DNA of 64,000 nt, from the NCBI GenBank assembly GCA_013239625.1, contig MU054338.1, positions 6,610,724-6,674,723 on the forward strand, in the 5' to 3' direction. This DNA comes from Lama guanicoe (lineage: Eukaryota). Positions 24,501 to 35,700 of this stretch are shown in pieces. Under the pieces are notes generated by a model, which worked only from the letters and a program-made list of their open reading frames with translations, was not told the origin of the DNA and did no database searches. Each line of letters begins with the position of its first letter. Positions within the stretch are counted from its first letter, which is position 1. Made by a program: the position numbers and the translations under genes.

Positions 24501-25943
24501 GCCATGCCCATGATCCCCCCGCGCCTCGCTGTCCCCCGATTCTCGGAGGTGGAAACGTCGTGGCCGGTGAACTGCACCTTGGATGGGTTGTTTCCAGTCT
24601 CGGAGGCCCAGGTCCAACTGGCGCTGGGGGACCAGATGCTGAATACCACAGTCATGAGCCACGGGGACACGCTCACGGCCACAGCGACAGCAAAAGCAGA
24701 GCAGGAGGGCGTCCAGGAGATTGTCTGTAACGTGACCTTGGGGGACGAGAGCCGGGAGACCAGGGAGAACGTGACCGTCTATAGTAAGAGGAGGCGGAGC
24801 CAAAACGGCTCCAAGGCGAGGGGCGGGGCTTCTGTAGCCCGAGAGGGCGTGGCATAGGGAGCGGACTAAGCGAGAGAGGGGCGGGGCCTAAGTAACACGT
24901 GACGTAGAGCCTGAGCGATCCAAATTGGGCGGGGGCTGCAGAGTAGCCTAAATATCCCGAGGGGAAGGAGGCGGGAGGCGGCGGGGCTTGACTCAAGAGG
25001 TGTGTGGTCAGTCAACTCCAGGGCAATGCCCCGCCTTTAGACTTACAGGGGCCCATCCTGACCCTGAGCGAGCCTAACGCCACTGAGGGGACCACAATGA
25101 CCGTGACTTGCAAGGCTGGACCCAGAGTCCAGGTCACGCTGGACGGAATTCCAGCCGCAGCACCGGGACAGCCCTCCCAGCTTCAGCTAAACGTCACAGA
25201 GAGGGATGACAGGCGCACCTTCTTCTGCTATGCCACCCTCAAGGTGCATGGGGAGATCTTGCACAGTAACAGGAGTGTCCAGTTGCGTGTCCTGTGTAAG
25301 TAGGTCACTCTGATCTTTAATAGCGTGCTTCCTTGATTTGGGAAGACGACTCGCCCTTGCCCCACTGTACCTCGGGTGTGTTGGGTATGTCTGATCATTT
25401 GGCAATCCCACAGACGGCCCCAAGATCGACCGAGCTCAATGTCCCCAGCGCTTGACGTGGAAAGATAAGACTATGCATATCCTGCAGTGCCCGGTCCGGG
25501 GCAACCCGAACCCCCAGCTACAGTGTTTGCAGGAAGGCTCCAAGTTCAAGGTGCCCATCGGGATCCCATTCCTCGTCAGGTTAAACTATAGTGGTACCTA
25601 CTACTGCCAGGCGGTCAGCTCACAGGGCACAGACAGTCTGACAGTGATGATGTACGTTCAAGGTAAGCCTAGGCGGGGCTTATTTATTCCAGTCGGGCAA
25701 GCTCAGGAGGGGCCGAGACGCGCGTATTTATCCTTGCTTTTTTACACAGATCAGAACCCCATTGCCGTTACCATCAGCTTGGGGGTGTTAACTATCCTGG
25801 GCCTTGTGATTGCCACCGCGGCCTTATTGTACGTCTTCCGGGTGCAGAAGCGGAGTGACATCTACCATTTGAAGAAAAAGAGCTCCTGGCTGCCCCTCAC
25901 GTCTAAACAGCCCGACGAGGCTGTGGCAGAGGAGTCATCCTGA
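20421..25943 (+). CDS. ICAM3: Intercellular adhesion molecule 3 (CD50): signal peptide, 5 Ig domains, TM, cytoplasmic tail; 7 exons
   Basis: Exons: 20421-20502 (Kozak GCCACCATGG), 21121-21387 (D1: [14 protein letters not shown] integrin motif), 23866-24174, 24502-24783, 25041-25295, 25414-25662, 25750-25943. All introns phase 1. The tail [18 protein letters not shown] is ICAM3-like. Position between TYK2 and RAVER1 matches synteny. Confidence 0.95.
21520..21588. repeat. Compound microsatellite (GT)n(GA/GACA)n in ICAM3 intron 2
   Basis: Directly visible. A (CA)n(CT)n compound repeat also lies at about 20730-20782. Confidence 0.9.
22106..22226 (+). mobile_element. tRNA-derived SINE (Vic-1-like) in ICAM3 intron 2
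   Basis: ggggagggtatagctcagtggtagag...gggttcaatccccagtacctccattaaaa. TSD aaaata(a/g)cacaataga at 22090-22105 and 22227-22242. Confidence 0.88.
22730..22947 (+). mobile_element. MER63-like hAT DNA transposon remnant
   Basis: gcttgaaatcagccaaagtgggagtatttacaccagagaaactggcaaatgct...catttgccagcatacca matches the MER63 core as recalled. Confidence 0.55.
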
Positions 25944-26010
25944 GGCCTCGGGCTGCCGTGATACTGGGCAAAAACGACGGGAGTTTGGCTGTATCCCCGA
26001 ATTCCGCACT

Positions 26011-26016
26011 AATAAA
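26011..26016 (+). terminator. ICAM3 poly(A) signal AATAAA
   Basis: About 70 bp after the ICAM3 stop. Confidence 0.85.
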
Positions 26017-26099
26017 GACTTTAAAACCCATACTCTGTGGCCTGACTTCATCTGCACTGAAGGGCTCTCCCACTGCCTTGCGTATCTATTGAGTGACAG

Positions 26100-26700
26100 C
26101 TCGATGGCGGAAAGGGGCGGAGCCTGTAGCGCCCAGACGCGGCTTGAACTCTGAGAGGCGGGCTGGGCCTTACCCAATAGGCTGAGGAAGTAGAGAAGGA
26201 GGCGGGGTTTCTCTCGGNNNNNNNNNNNNNNNNNNNNNNNNNNNNNNNNNNNNNNNNNNNNNNNNNNNNNNNNNNNNNNNNNNNNNNNNNNNNNNNNNNN
26301 NNNNNNNNNNNNNNNNNNNNNNNNNNNNNNNNNNNNNNNNNNNNNNNNNNNNNNNNNGAGGTTGAAGCTGACGTTGCCGCGGAGCGCCGGGCGCCTGAAG
26401 AAGAACTGCCGCCGCTAGATCCAGAGGAGATCCGGAAACGCCTGGAACACACCGAGCGCCAGTTCCGTAACCGCCGCAAGATACTGATCCGGGGCCTCCC
26501 GGGGGACGTGACCAACCAGGTATTGGGGGGGGGCCCGTGTGGGAGCGTGGCGGGAAATACCACCGTGCGCGTGCGCGGGGGTACCGGGCGACACCAACGC
26601 TGGCCTGCGGTGGGGGGCGTCGGTGGGTGACTCCAAGCGCGGGATCCACGCGGGGTAGGGAGAGACCAAGGAGCGGGATGTGGGGGGTCGGAGATGGAGG
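26100..26700 (+). promoter_or_regulatory. RAVER1 CpG-island promoter
   Basis: GC boxes (ggggcggag near 26114, ggcgggg near 26201), CCAAT near 26174, dense CpG. Confidence 0.75.
26218..26357. other. Assembly gap (140 N) covering RAVER1 5'UTR/start codon
   Basis: Run of n. Confidence 0.99.
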
Positions 26701-29700
26701 GAGAAACCAACTTTGACCTGAGGGAAGACGTTGCTAGGGGCGACCACAGGCTTGGACGAAACCAAGTGATTGAAGGGGGCGGGGAATGGAAGGGGGCGGA
26801 CAGCTTTGGCCATGTTGGGGGATTGTGAATGGGCAGCCAGATTGGAGCTGTGAGAACAGGGACGCTGTTTGCTCCCTTCTCTACCATGAGGTGGTGGGAC
26901 TTCATATCCATAAGTTTCAGGATTGACTATAGAGTATACCTTTCCATAGCAAGCATTTATTAACTCCTTGTAGAGGTAGATCCGGAAGTTGTAGCAGCTC
27001 CTGGGGTCTTTTTTCCCCAAAGCCCCAGGCTTAATTTGAAAAAATGGAATCTCTTGTTCCCATGCAGAAAAGGGGAAGGGCATTGTTCCATGGAGCCCCC
27101 CCTTGGCTGATCTGACCAGGGGTTCCCTTCTCTTGGGGCCACATGGGCAGGGCTTCCCAGTGCTCTTTGGACCCAGGAAGATGGCATCTAATCTGCCCTG
27201 CCCTTCAGCAGTAGAATGGGTTCTTTCTCCCTGCTGCTGAGAATCTCTGCTCTCTGGCCCACCAGCACACCTGCCGCTGGTTCTCCCTGCCCTTGGGTGG
27301 TGGGCACATGGTTGGTGGGGCACTAAGAGTGTGGGGAGGGGTGTGACTTGGGGACAGACCTGGGGCAGGCAACACTAAGCATGATCTGATTTGTTCCTAG
27401 AGCCAGCCATCCTAGGGCCCACCATCTCTCAGCTGGGAACATGCTGTCTCTCCTGCAGGGTGCACAGTGTGTCTGGCACAGACAGGCCCCAGAGCCTCAC
27501 CCCCACAGCTGGCTTGCAAGAAGGCAGCCCTGTCAGTAGGAGGGAATTGGGAATCACGTGAAGCCACACAATGTGGGCTTATTAAGTACACAGGGTCTCC
27601 AGTCAGGTACCCGCAGGTGGCATTCTCATTGCTTCCCTGACCAACTACATGACCTTTGACAGTTTCCTTCACCTCTCTGAGCCTCAGTTTCCTCATCTAC
27701 AAAATGGGTTTGTTAATACTTAATTTGCAGGGTTGTTGGAAAGAGTCAGTCTTGCAAACCAAGGTTTTGATGGGTGAAACAACTTCACTGTGGGCGTACA
27801 GCAGAACCAAGACTTGAACTCAGTCCCACCTGACTCTCTAATAAGAGTATAAGAGTATATTGTGTTGCTTAAAAGCATGGGATCTGCTGCTAAGCTCTAA
27901 ATCACAGCTCTGCCAGGTGTGGCCTCAATGGCCTTGGGCAAGTAACTGCTGAGTTTGTAAAATGGGAATGGTAATTGACCTGCCTTCATAACTGGTCCGT
28001 GTGAAAATAGCAGTGGGTTGCTCCCTTCAGCCCTTAGTGATTCCCTGTCCCTTGGCTTCTGTCTCCACAGGAAGTGCATGATCTGCTCAGCGACTATGAG
28101 CTCAAATACTGCTTTGTGGACAAATACAAAGGGACAGGTTTGTGGGACCATGGGGTGGGCTAGCGGCAGGGGATGACAGTCCTTGAAGCTGGGAGAGTCC
28201 TGGCCCAGTGTCTCCTGAACTTCAGGCCCAACATGCAGCAGAGATGAAGGGGGCACGGACCAGATGGAAGCCAAGAGGTTGAAGGGGCACCAGTTGTTCT
28301 GGAGGACTTATAGGAGAAGACCAGACAGGCCTGGGTGACTGGCCAGCTAGGGGGATGTCTTGTAAAAGGATGCCCAGTGCCCAGGTATCTACGGGGTAGT
28401 CTGGAAGAGGAGCATCAAGGATGCCCCATGACAGGCACCCAAGATGAGGGACAAACTGGGGCAATAGTCTGTCCTGCACTGGGCCTAGGGGACGTCTCTG
28501 CTGAAATGGCAGCTTCCCTACAGCCTCTCTGCCCCCATGATTTCACTCCCCAGACTGCCTTCCCCTAGGCAACCAGCTCTGATCTGACTGCAAATCTGAT
28601 CAATCCTGGTCCTAACTCTGATGATTCTTCTCTCTCCTCAAAACCTGTCTGAGGCTCCTCCTGATACTACCTTGGAAGGATGTGCCATCTCCTCAGGGGC
28701 CATAAGATTCCAGGCTGTTCCCTCTGCAACTATTCTTAGCCATGTCCTCTTCCATCCAGGTGGCATCAGGGAGCTCTTCACAGTGCCCTGAGTGCACCCC
28801 TCACCTCATAGCACTGACCACCCTAGGCTATCGCCGTGGGCTCAGTCACCTGCCTCCTGCACAGGGTGGTCAGCTCCTCGAGAACCGGGACAGCGCTCAT
28901 CAGCCTCGGCCCCCACATGGGAGGCTCGGGTAGTGGTTAAGATCTTGGGCCCTGGAGGCAAATGGACCTGGGTTTTTGTCGTGGTCTGTCCTCTCTGTGG
29001 CCATAGGCAGAGATTTCCCCTCCTGAGCTTCAGTATTTTCGCCAGAAAATTGGACATGGCCTGCTTAAGTTGACCATTTAGTAAATATGGGAAGGGCAGC
29101 AAGTCAGAGCTCCTTCCTGAGCACCAAGTATGTATATGTGCCAGGCACTGAGGATCCAGGGCTTAAGTGATACTTTTGTTCATATACAAATATTTATCAT
29201 TCAAAAACAAATGTTTGTTGAGCACTTACTGTGTGCTGGGCACTGGGAACAGAGCTGTGAACCAAATGGATATGGTCTAGTCTGAGGAGGAGGTTATTCC
29301 AACAGCTGCAAACATGAAGGTGAGATGGCCATGAGACTAGAAGCTACAGGGCACTGTGGGAGCACAGAGCTGGGATCTGCAACAGAGCAGTTAGGGTAGG
29401 CTTTGTGGGGGAAGTGATGTTTGTGGTCAGATTGGAGAGTGGGTTAGGATTAACCAAGTGAAGAGGTGGGAGTCAGTATTCCACATTCAGGGAAAAGCAG
29501 GTGCAAAGGCCCCAGGCCAAGTGTGTCTTCATAGTCCAGTAAGTGGCAAGAGATGAGAGAGGAGGTCAGCAAACCCACGAGGCCAGGCCACAGAGGTGCC
29601 ACAGTAGATGGGGGCGTGGCACCATATGGGCTGAGACAAGGGATTGGATATGAGAGGTGTTGGTGGCCTGGAAAGGCGGTGGTGGGGAGCTTCAGAGCAG

Positions 29701-32700
29701 GGTTCTGGGCCCATTTCCTTGCTGGAAAAATAGTGGAGTAAGTTATTGTGAGGAGTAAGTTATTCCCATTTGACAAATGAGGAAACAGACCTCAAAGCCA
29801 CTCGGGCTGGAGTTGAAACCCAGGCTCCAGTGGCGACATGCTTCACCACTACCCTGTGTGTCATCTGAATTACACATGTAGTTCTTAGGACAGGGCAAGG
29901 TGCACAGTAGGGGAGTGTTGTAGTGGGTTGCAAGGAGCAAGCCCCACGGAGGCAGAAGGCACTGGCTCTTGTCGCTCTAGGCTGGCAGCTGTTCCAGCTG
30001 ACTGCTGCCTGAGATGTCCCAGTTCGGTGTTGTGAGGTCACATGTGGTTTAGAGAGGGGTGGGAGCGGGTGGTTATGGGGTGGGAGGGCCGGCCCTCAGG
30101 ACCCCAGCTGACCGCCTGCTCTGCCCCGTCGCAGCCTTCGTGACCCTGCTGAACGGGGAGCAGGCCGAGGCCGCCATCAGCGCCTTCCACCAGAGCCGCC
30201 TGCGGGAGCGCGAGCTGTCGGTGCAGCTGCAACCCACAGATGCCCTGCTGTGTGTGGCCAACCTGCCCCCCAGCCTCACACAGCAGCAGTTCGAGGAGCT
30301 GGTGCGGCCCTTCGGTAGCCTGGAGCGCTGCTTCCTGGTCTACAGCGAGAGCACTGGCCACTCCAAGGGCTACGGCTTTGCTGAGTACATGAAGAAGGAC
30401 TCGGCCGCCCGCGCCAAGTCGGACCTGCTGGGCAAGCTGCTGGGCCCGCGCACCCTCTACGTGCACTGGACAGACGCCGGGCAGCTGACGCCCGCCCTGC
30501 TCCACTCACGCTGCCTCTGTGTGGACCGCCTGCCGCCCGGCTTCAGCGATGTGGACACCCTGCGCCGGGCGCTGTCGACCGTCCACACGCCCACCTTCTG
30601 CCAGGTGAGCCCTGTGCCCGGTGCAGAGACCTGGGGGAGCAGATACGAAGCCCAAAGCACCTCAGAGGGGCCCATTAGCTTCACCTGCCCTCTCTAATCT
30701 CCTGGGTCCCCTTTCAGGAAAGCAGCCACGGTGCCACTTTGAATGGGATTCTTGTTAGAAAGGCCACATAGTGTGGTGGGTGACAGCCCAGCCAGGAGCC
30801 AGATGGCTGGATTTCAGATCCTTGCACTCCCTCTAGCGACTTGCTTAGCCTCACTGGCCTTAGTCTCCCCCCTGTAAAATGCAGGCGAAGCTGCCTTTGT
30901 GAAAAATGGCTGTGAGGCTCGCTCACCCCCTGTTTGCATCCACCCAGGCCCTCATCAGGTATTTGTTGAGCCCCTCCTGGGCCCCAGGCCCCAGGCCTGG
31001 CATCAAGGAGGCTACTCCAGAGGAGCCCACAGTCCATTTAAGCCGTGAGGTGAGGAAGTTGGACTTGGCTGGATCCCAGCCCTGCTTTGTGGCCCTGGGC
31101 CAGACACTCACTCTCTGAGTCTTGGGTTCCCTTCTCTGGAAGAAGGGATTCCATACTCGTGCATTAGTTTGGGAAAACGATCCCTGGTTCATTCCAGTCA
31201 CGCTTTTCAGATGCTTCTGTGAGTGTACCTAGCCCAGTGACGGGCACAGTGGGGCGAGAATGGGCCAGGTCAGCTCTCAGGGAGCTCCCATGTGGTCTTG
31301 CCCCCAGACCCCAGGTGGACAATTCCTTCAGGACTCACTGGGCTTACCTGCAGTCCAGCCATCGTGTAACGGCCTGGAGAGGCAGGTTTTAGCCCTGTTT
31401 TCAGGTAGAGACACTGAGGCACGGAGAGGTCAGTTGACATGGCCTGGGACATACAGCCAGGGTGTGATAGAGCCAGCAGTGAAACACCGCAGCCTGGCCC
31501 CAGAGCCTGGAGGAGGCCGGTACCTGGGCTCAGACCCCAGCTCTGCGGCCTCTGTGGGTGTTGGTGTTGGTGAGTTGGACATCAGTAGGAATCCATCTCC
31601 TTGCTCACTACTGCCTCCACTGCGCGCCTACTGTGTGCCAGGCACCGGGCGGGGCTCAGGAAACAGATGAGGTGGCTCCACAGCTTCATCCTCTCGAGTG
31701 GAGTTGGAGGACTGCGGGGCCACAGCCAGCGCCGAGGTCCCTCTCTGCGCCTCAGTTGCCCCATCTCAGCATGGGTCTGGCAATGCTTTGTGATCATGTT
31801 CTGGAGAACAGCTGCTCACTCATTCCTCCACTTAACATATTCTTCAGACATCTGTTGAGCACCTGCGGAGTCCCAGGCATTGAGGTTAACCTCCTCCAAG
31901 GAGCCCAGTCACGCTGGGATCCTGGTTGAATGGAGGCAGGGCTCAGGAGTCAGGTGGGTAGAAGTTTGAGCCTTGGTCCCCATATTTGGGAGCCGCGTGG
32001 CCTTGGTTGCCCTTTGACCCCTTTCTCTGTTCATCTGGAGGATGAGCATGGTTGTGAGAAGAAGTACATCCAGACTTGGCATGGGGCCAGAGGTGAAGGT
32101 GACGTGCTTGCTAGAAGTGGGCTGACGGCCTGAGCTGACCCGCCTGGGCGCTCAGAGCAGGTGCTGGGCCAGGCCCATGGCCTCCCTCACCACTGCACCG
32201 GGAGCACGAGCCTCCCTGCCCCTGTTGAGCTCACTGTTGAATCCCCACAACCTCCCTGCCAGGGGCTCCCGTTGCTAGTCCCATCTTATAGATGAGGAAA
32301 CTGAGGGCCACGGATGGGCACGTGCAGTGACCTGCTCAGGCCAGCCAGCCCATAGCAACCTAGTCTGGTTCACTTTGCCATTTATTCACAGGCCAGTTTA
32401 CATATAGTAAGTGCTTCGTTTTATTGCAGAGTTACTTTAAAATATTTGAATGCTACAGACATGTCTAAAGCAGATGACCCAAGGTGTGAGGTATTATAAA
32501 AAGCTTTTTCAACTTTATTCATTTTTATGAATGGGCAGTCTAGACCTGTTTCGAAATTTAGCATGTCCACAAGGGTCAGCAGTGAAGGCTTCTGTGGTGA
32601 AGGCTCTGTGGTGCTTCTTTCAGTTTGTGTGTGTCCTTCCAGCGAAATTTTATCACCCATTTCGAACAAACATGTATATATGTTCCCGCGTCCCTCTTTC

Positions 32701-35700
32701 TTTGACCCAAATGTGGCCATGCCTGCGTTGGTTTGGTTTTTCCATTTTACTTTGTCTTGGGCATCTTTCTGTGTTTAGAAATGAGAGCTTCTCATTCCTT
32801 TTGCGGCTGCGCCATATTCTATTTTATGGACTCTATGTTACACCCTACTGGCGGGCATTGCGTTGGTCTACCCCACACTGCAGCCGTCCATGTGACACTC
32901 AGGACCCAGGAGGAACAGCATTGGTTCTCAGGACAGCCATTGTCACGCTGAGGTGGACAGCCCTGTTCAGCTTCAGCTCTGTGGCCTTGGCAAGGGACTA
33001 CCCCTCTCTGAGTCTCAGTTTCCTCATCTGGAAAGTGGGTGTGCTGACACCTGCCTCCAAGATTCAGTGAAACAACGCCTGTGGCGACCCGGCCTGGGGG
33101 CGTGCAGGACCCAGCGGGTGATCTCACAGTATCTGCTCACCCTGGGACAGCCCCTGCCGACCATTCCAGTACTTGCAGACACCCTGCAAACTAAGGTTTG
33201 TTCCCTGAGTGGGTGGCAGGCTCACTTGGCAGCAGAGCCTGAGCTGAACTGATGTGAGGTCATCTGTGGCCTTTGTCTTTGCATCTGGCTGCAGAGCTAT
33301 TCATGTGCTTGACTTACAGGGAGCCCCGATCCCACTGGGGATGACTGATACGTAATGAATGTGCGACATCCTCCCTTTCTCATCTCCACACAGTCCCAGT
33401 CCTGGACTACATCCAGCCCCGGGGTCTGGATAAGGGACTGTAAGGTCTGAAGTACCAAATTTGACTCCTGTCAAGGAGGGGTGAAGGGGCTTCCTTGGCC
33501 TGCCTGAGACTACACCTCTGTTCCTGCCACTCACTGGCTCTGTGACCCCGCCCTCCAGCCCAGCACCACCAGCCTCGAACCCAAGCTCAGTGGCCACTTG
33601 CCGCACCACCAGGCTGTGTGCCCTTCCCAGTCCCGGCTGTGGCATCCTCGGCCCAAGGTTGGCAGCCAGGCCAAACTCCAGAGCCACCTGCTGCTTCTCC
33701 CGCCAACCCCTCCTCTTTGAGCCCTGCAGCCTGTGCTTGGGAATCCCAGGCAAAGTCCCAAAGTGGCGTTGGCATGAGGCCTGGGGAAGCTGACCCGTGT
33801 GAAGCAGGTCTCAGCTCTGCCCTCCCACCAACAGTGTACCCTTGGGCATGCTGACTTCTCTGAGTCTCAGTTGCCCCCTCTTGAAATTGGGATGCAGCCT
33901 CCCAGGGCCATTCAGAAGATTAGATGAGCTAACACAGGAACCAGGCTTGGGACAGTGCAGAGCCCAGAATCTGTCCTCTCTAGGGGGACGCTTACATGAT
34001 TGGGATCCTCATCTGGTCACAGCTGTCACTTCCTATGATGGTGGTCACTGTCCCCCAGGTGCTCATGACTGCCTCTCCCCCTGCCCCACAGTTGGCATAC
34101 GGCCAGGATGGGCAGCTGAAGGGCTTCGCTGTACTGGAGTATGAGACGGCAGAGATGGCAGAGGAGGCGCAGCAGCGGGCGGACGGCCTGGCCCTGGGGG
34201 GCAGCCACCTGCGCGTCTCCTTCTGTGCCCCGGGGCCCCCTGGCCGCAGCATGCTGGCTGCACTCATTGCTGCCCAGGCCACGGTGAGTGTGTGCTGGAG
34301 GGAGGGGGCCCCAGCCGGTGGAGATGGGCCCTCCTCCCTGGAGAAATTGGGGCCCCTGTCTGGCACCCTCTGTGGCTAGGCCAGGTGCTAAGCTGCCCCT
34401 CTGTTCCTCTCCTCAGGCCCTGAATCGGGGCAAAGGGCTGCTGCCTGAGCCCAACATCCTGCAGCTGCTCAACAACCTGGGGCCCTCCGCCTCTCTCCAG
34501 CTGCTTCTCAACCCCCTGCTCCACAGCAGCGCTGGTGGCAAGCAGGGTAAGGCGAGCCGGGGCCAAGCGCTCTCTGAACAGGGCACCTCCCGGGACTTCC
34601 CATCTGGGTGATGAGTCAAGAACCAGGGCTGGGATGAGAGTGGTGCTCCTGGAGGAAGCTGGTGCCCTGAGCCCCTGGCATGGGGAGCAGAGCCGCCTGC
34701 AGCGAGGCAGGGTGGTGGCAGGAGGGACCGCCCCTCCCCAGAGGCTCATCTTCCATCTCCTGAGCCCTTTCTTTGGATATATCAGTTGCCCGCTCCGAGC
34801 TTCAATTTCCTGTTCTCAGCAGGCCCGGGGCTGTATTTAATGGGTGTGGGGTGTCTCCATCCAGGGACCACCTCCCATCTTCTGGGTCTTCCCCTAGGCC
34901 TGCTGGGTGCCCCCCCGACCATGCCGCTGCTCAATGGGCCCGCTCTGTCCACGGCGCTGCTGCAGCTCGCCCTGCAGACCCAGAGTCAGAAGGTAACTGC
35001 AGGCCCAGAGGCCCCCGGTTCCGTCCCCACTCACACATGTCCCACAGCCCCTCTGTTTCCTCTCTTGAACCTGCAGTGGGTGGCTAACCATTAGCAGGCT
35101 TGTGGGGCTTCGGGCTGGATCCCTGGGCCTGGCCTGTGGCAGGTGCTCAGGACTTAGGAAGTGAATCAGTCAAAGTCCAGGCTCCACAGTGGAGTAGAGT
35201 GGCCTCTTGCCCCCACCCCCTTGACATACACCGAGACACACACACACAGTTCATTATACCACACACAGACCCACGCAGACACACACACTACCCCATCTGG
35301 TTTGATTCACTGGAGCCAGGTCAGTGGTGTGGATGTGACTGACAGTAACTGACAGAAGGTGAGGTTGTGGGCTTGGGCCCTTGTGTGGCTGAGAGTGATT
35401 CAGCCCATGTGTGGTGTCACCCACTGGGTGTCTGCAATCAACACGGTGTTGTGAGGGTTAGACACTGTGCTTCTTTGATAACAAGGGGGCTCGGGGTGGG
35501 GTGGTGGGTGCCAAAGAAGGACTGTCACTGTGTGTCTTCTGACAATGTGGGGTGACATGCTCCAACACTCTGTGCATTCATAATCTGCGTTCCCTGGGTC
35601 TTCCCAGCACCTCAAGCAGGCCCTGGGGTGTAGGAGGCCCTTCGTCACCACTGGCCAGGCGGGTGATGGCTGGTGTGTTGCAGACATTGACACCCTTCAT

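Noticed and set aside
26048-27323. Long minus-strand ORFs (287 and 302 aa) at RAVER1 exon 1
   Set aside because: They lie in a CpG island, one runs through Ns, and neither shows recognisable homology.
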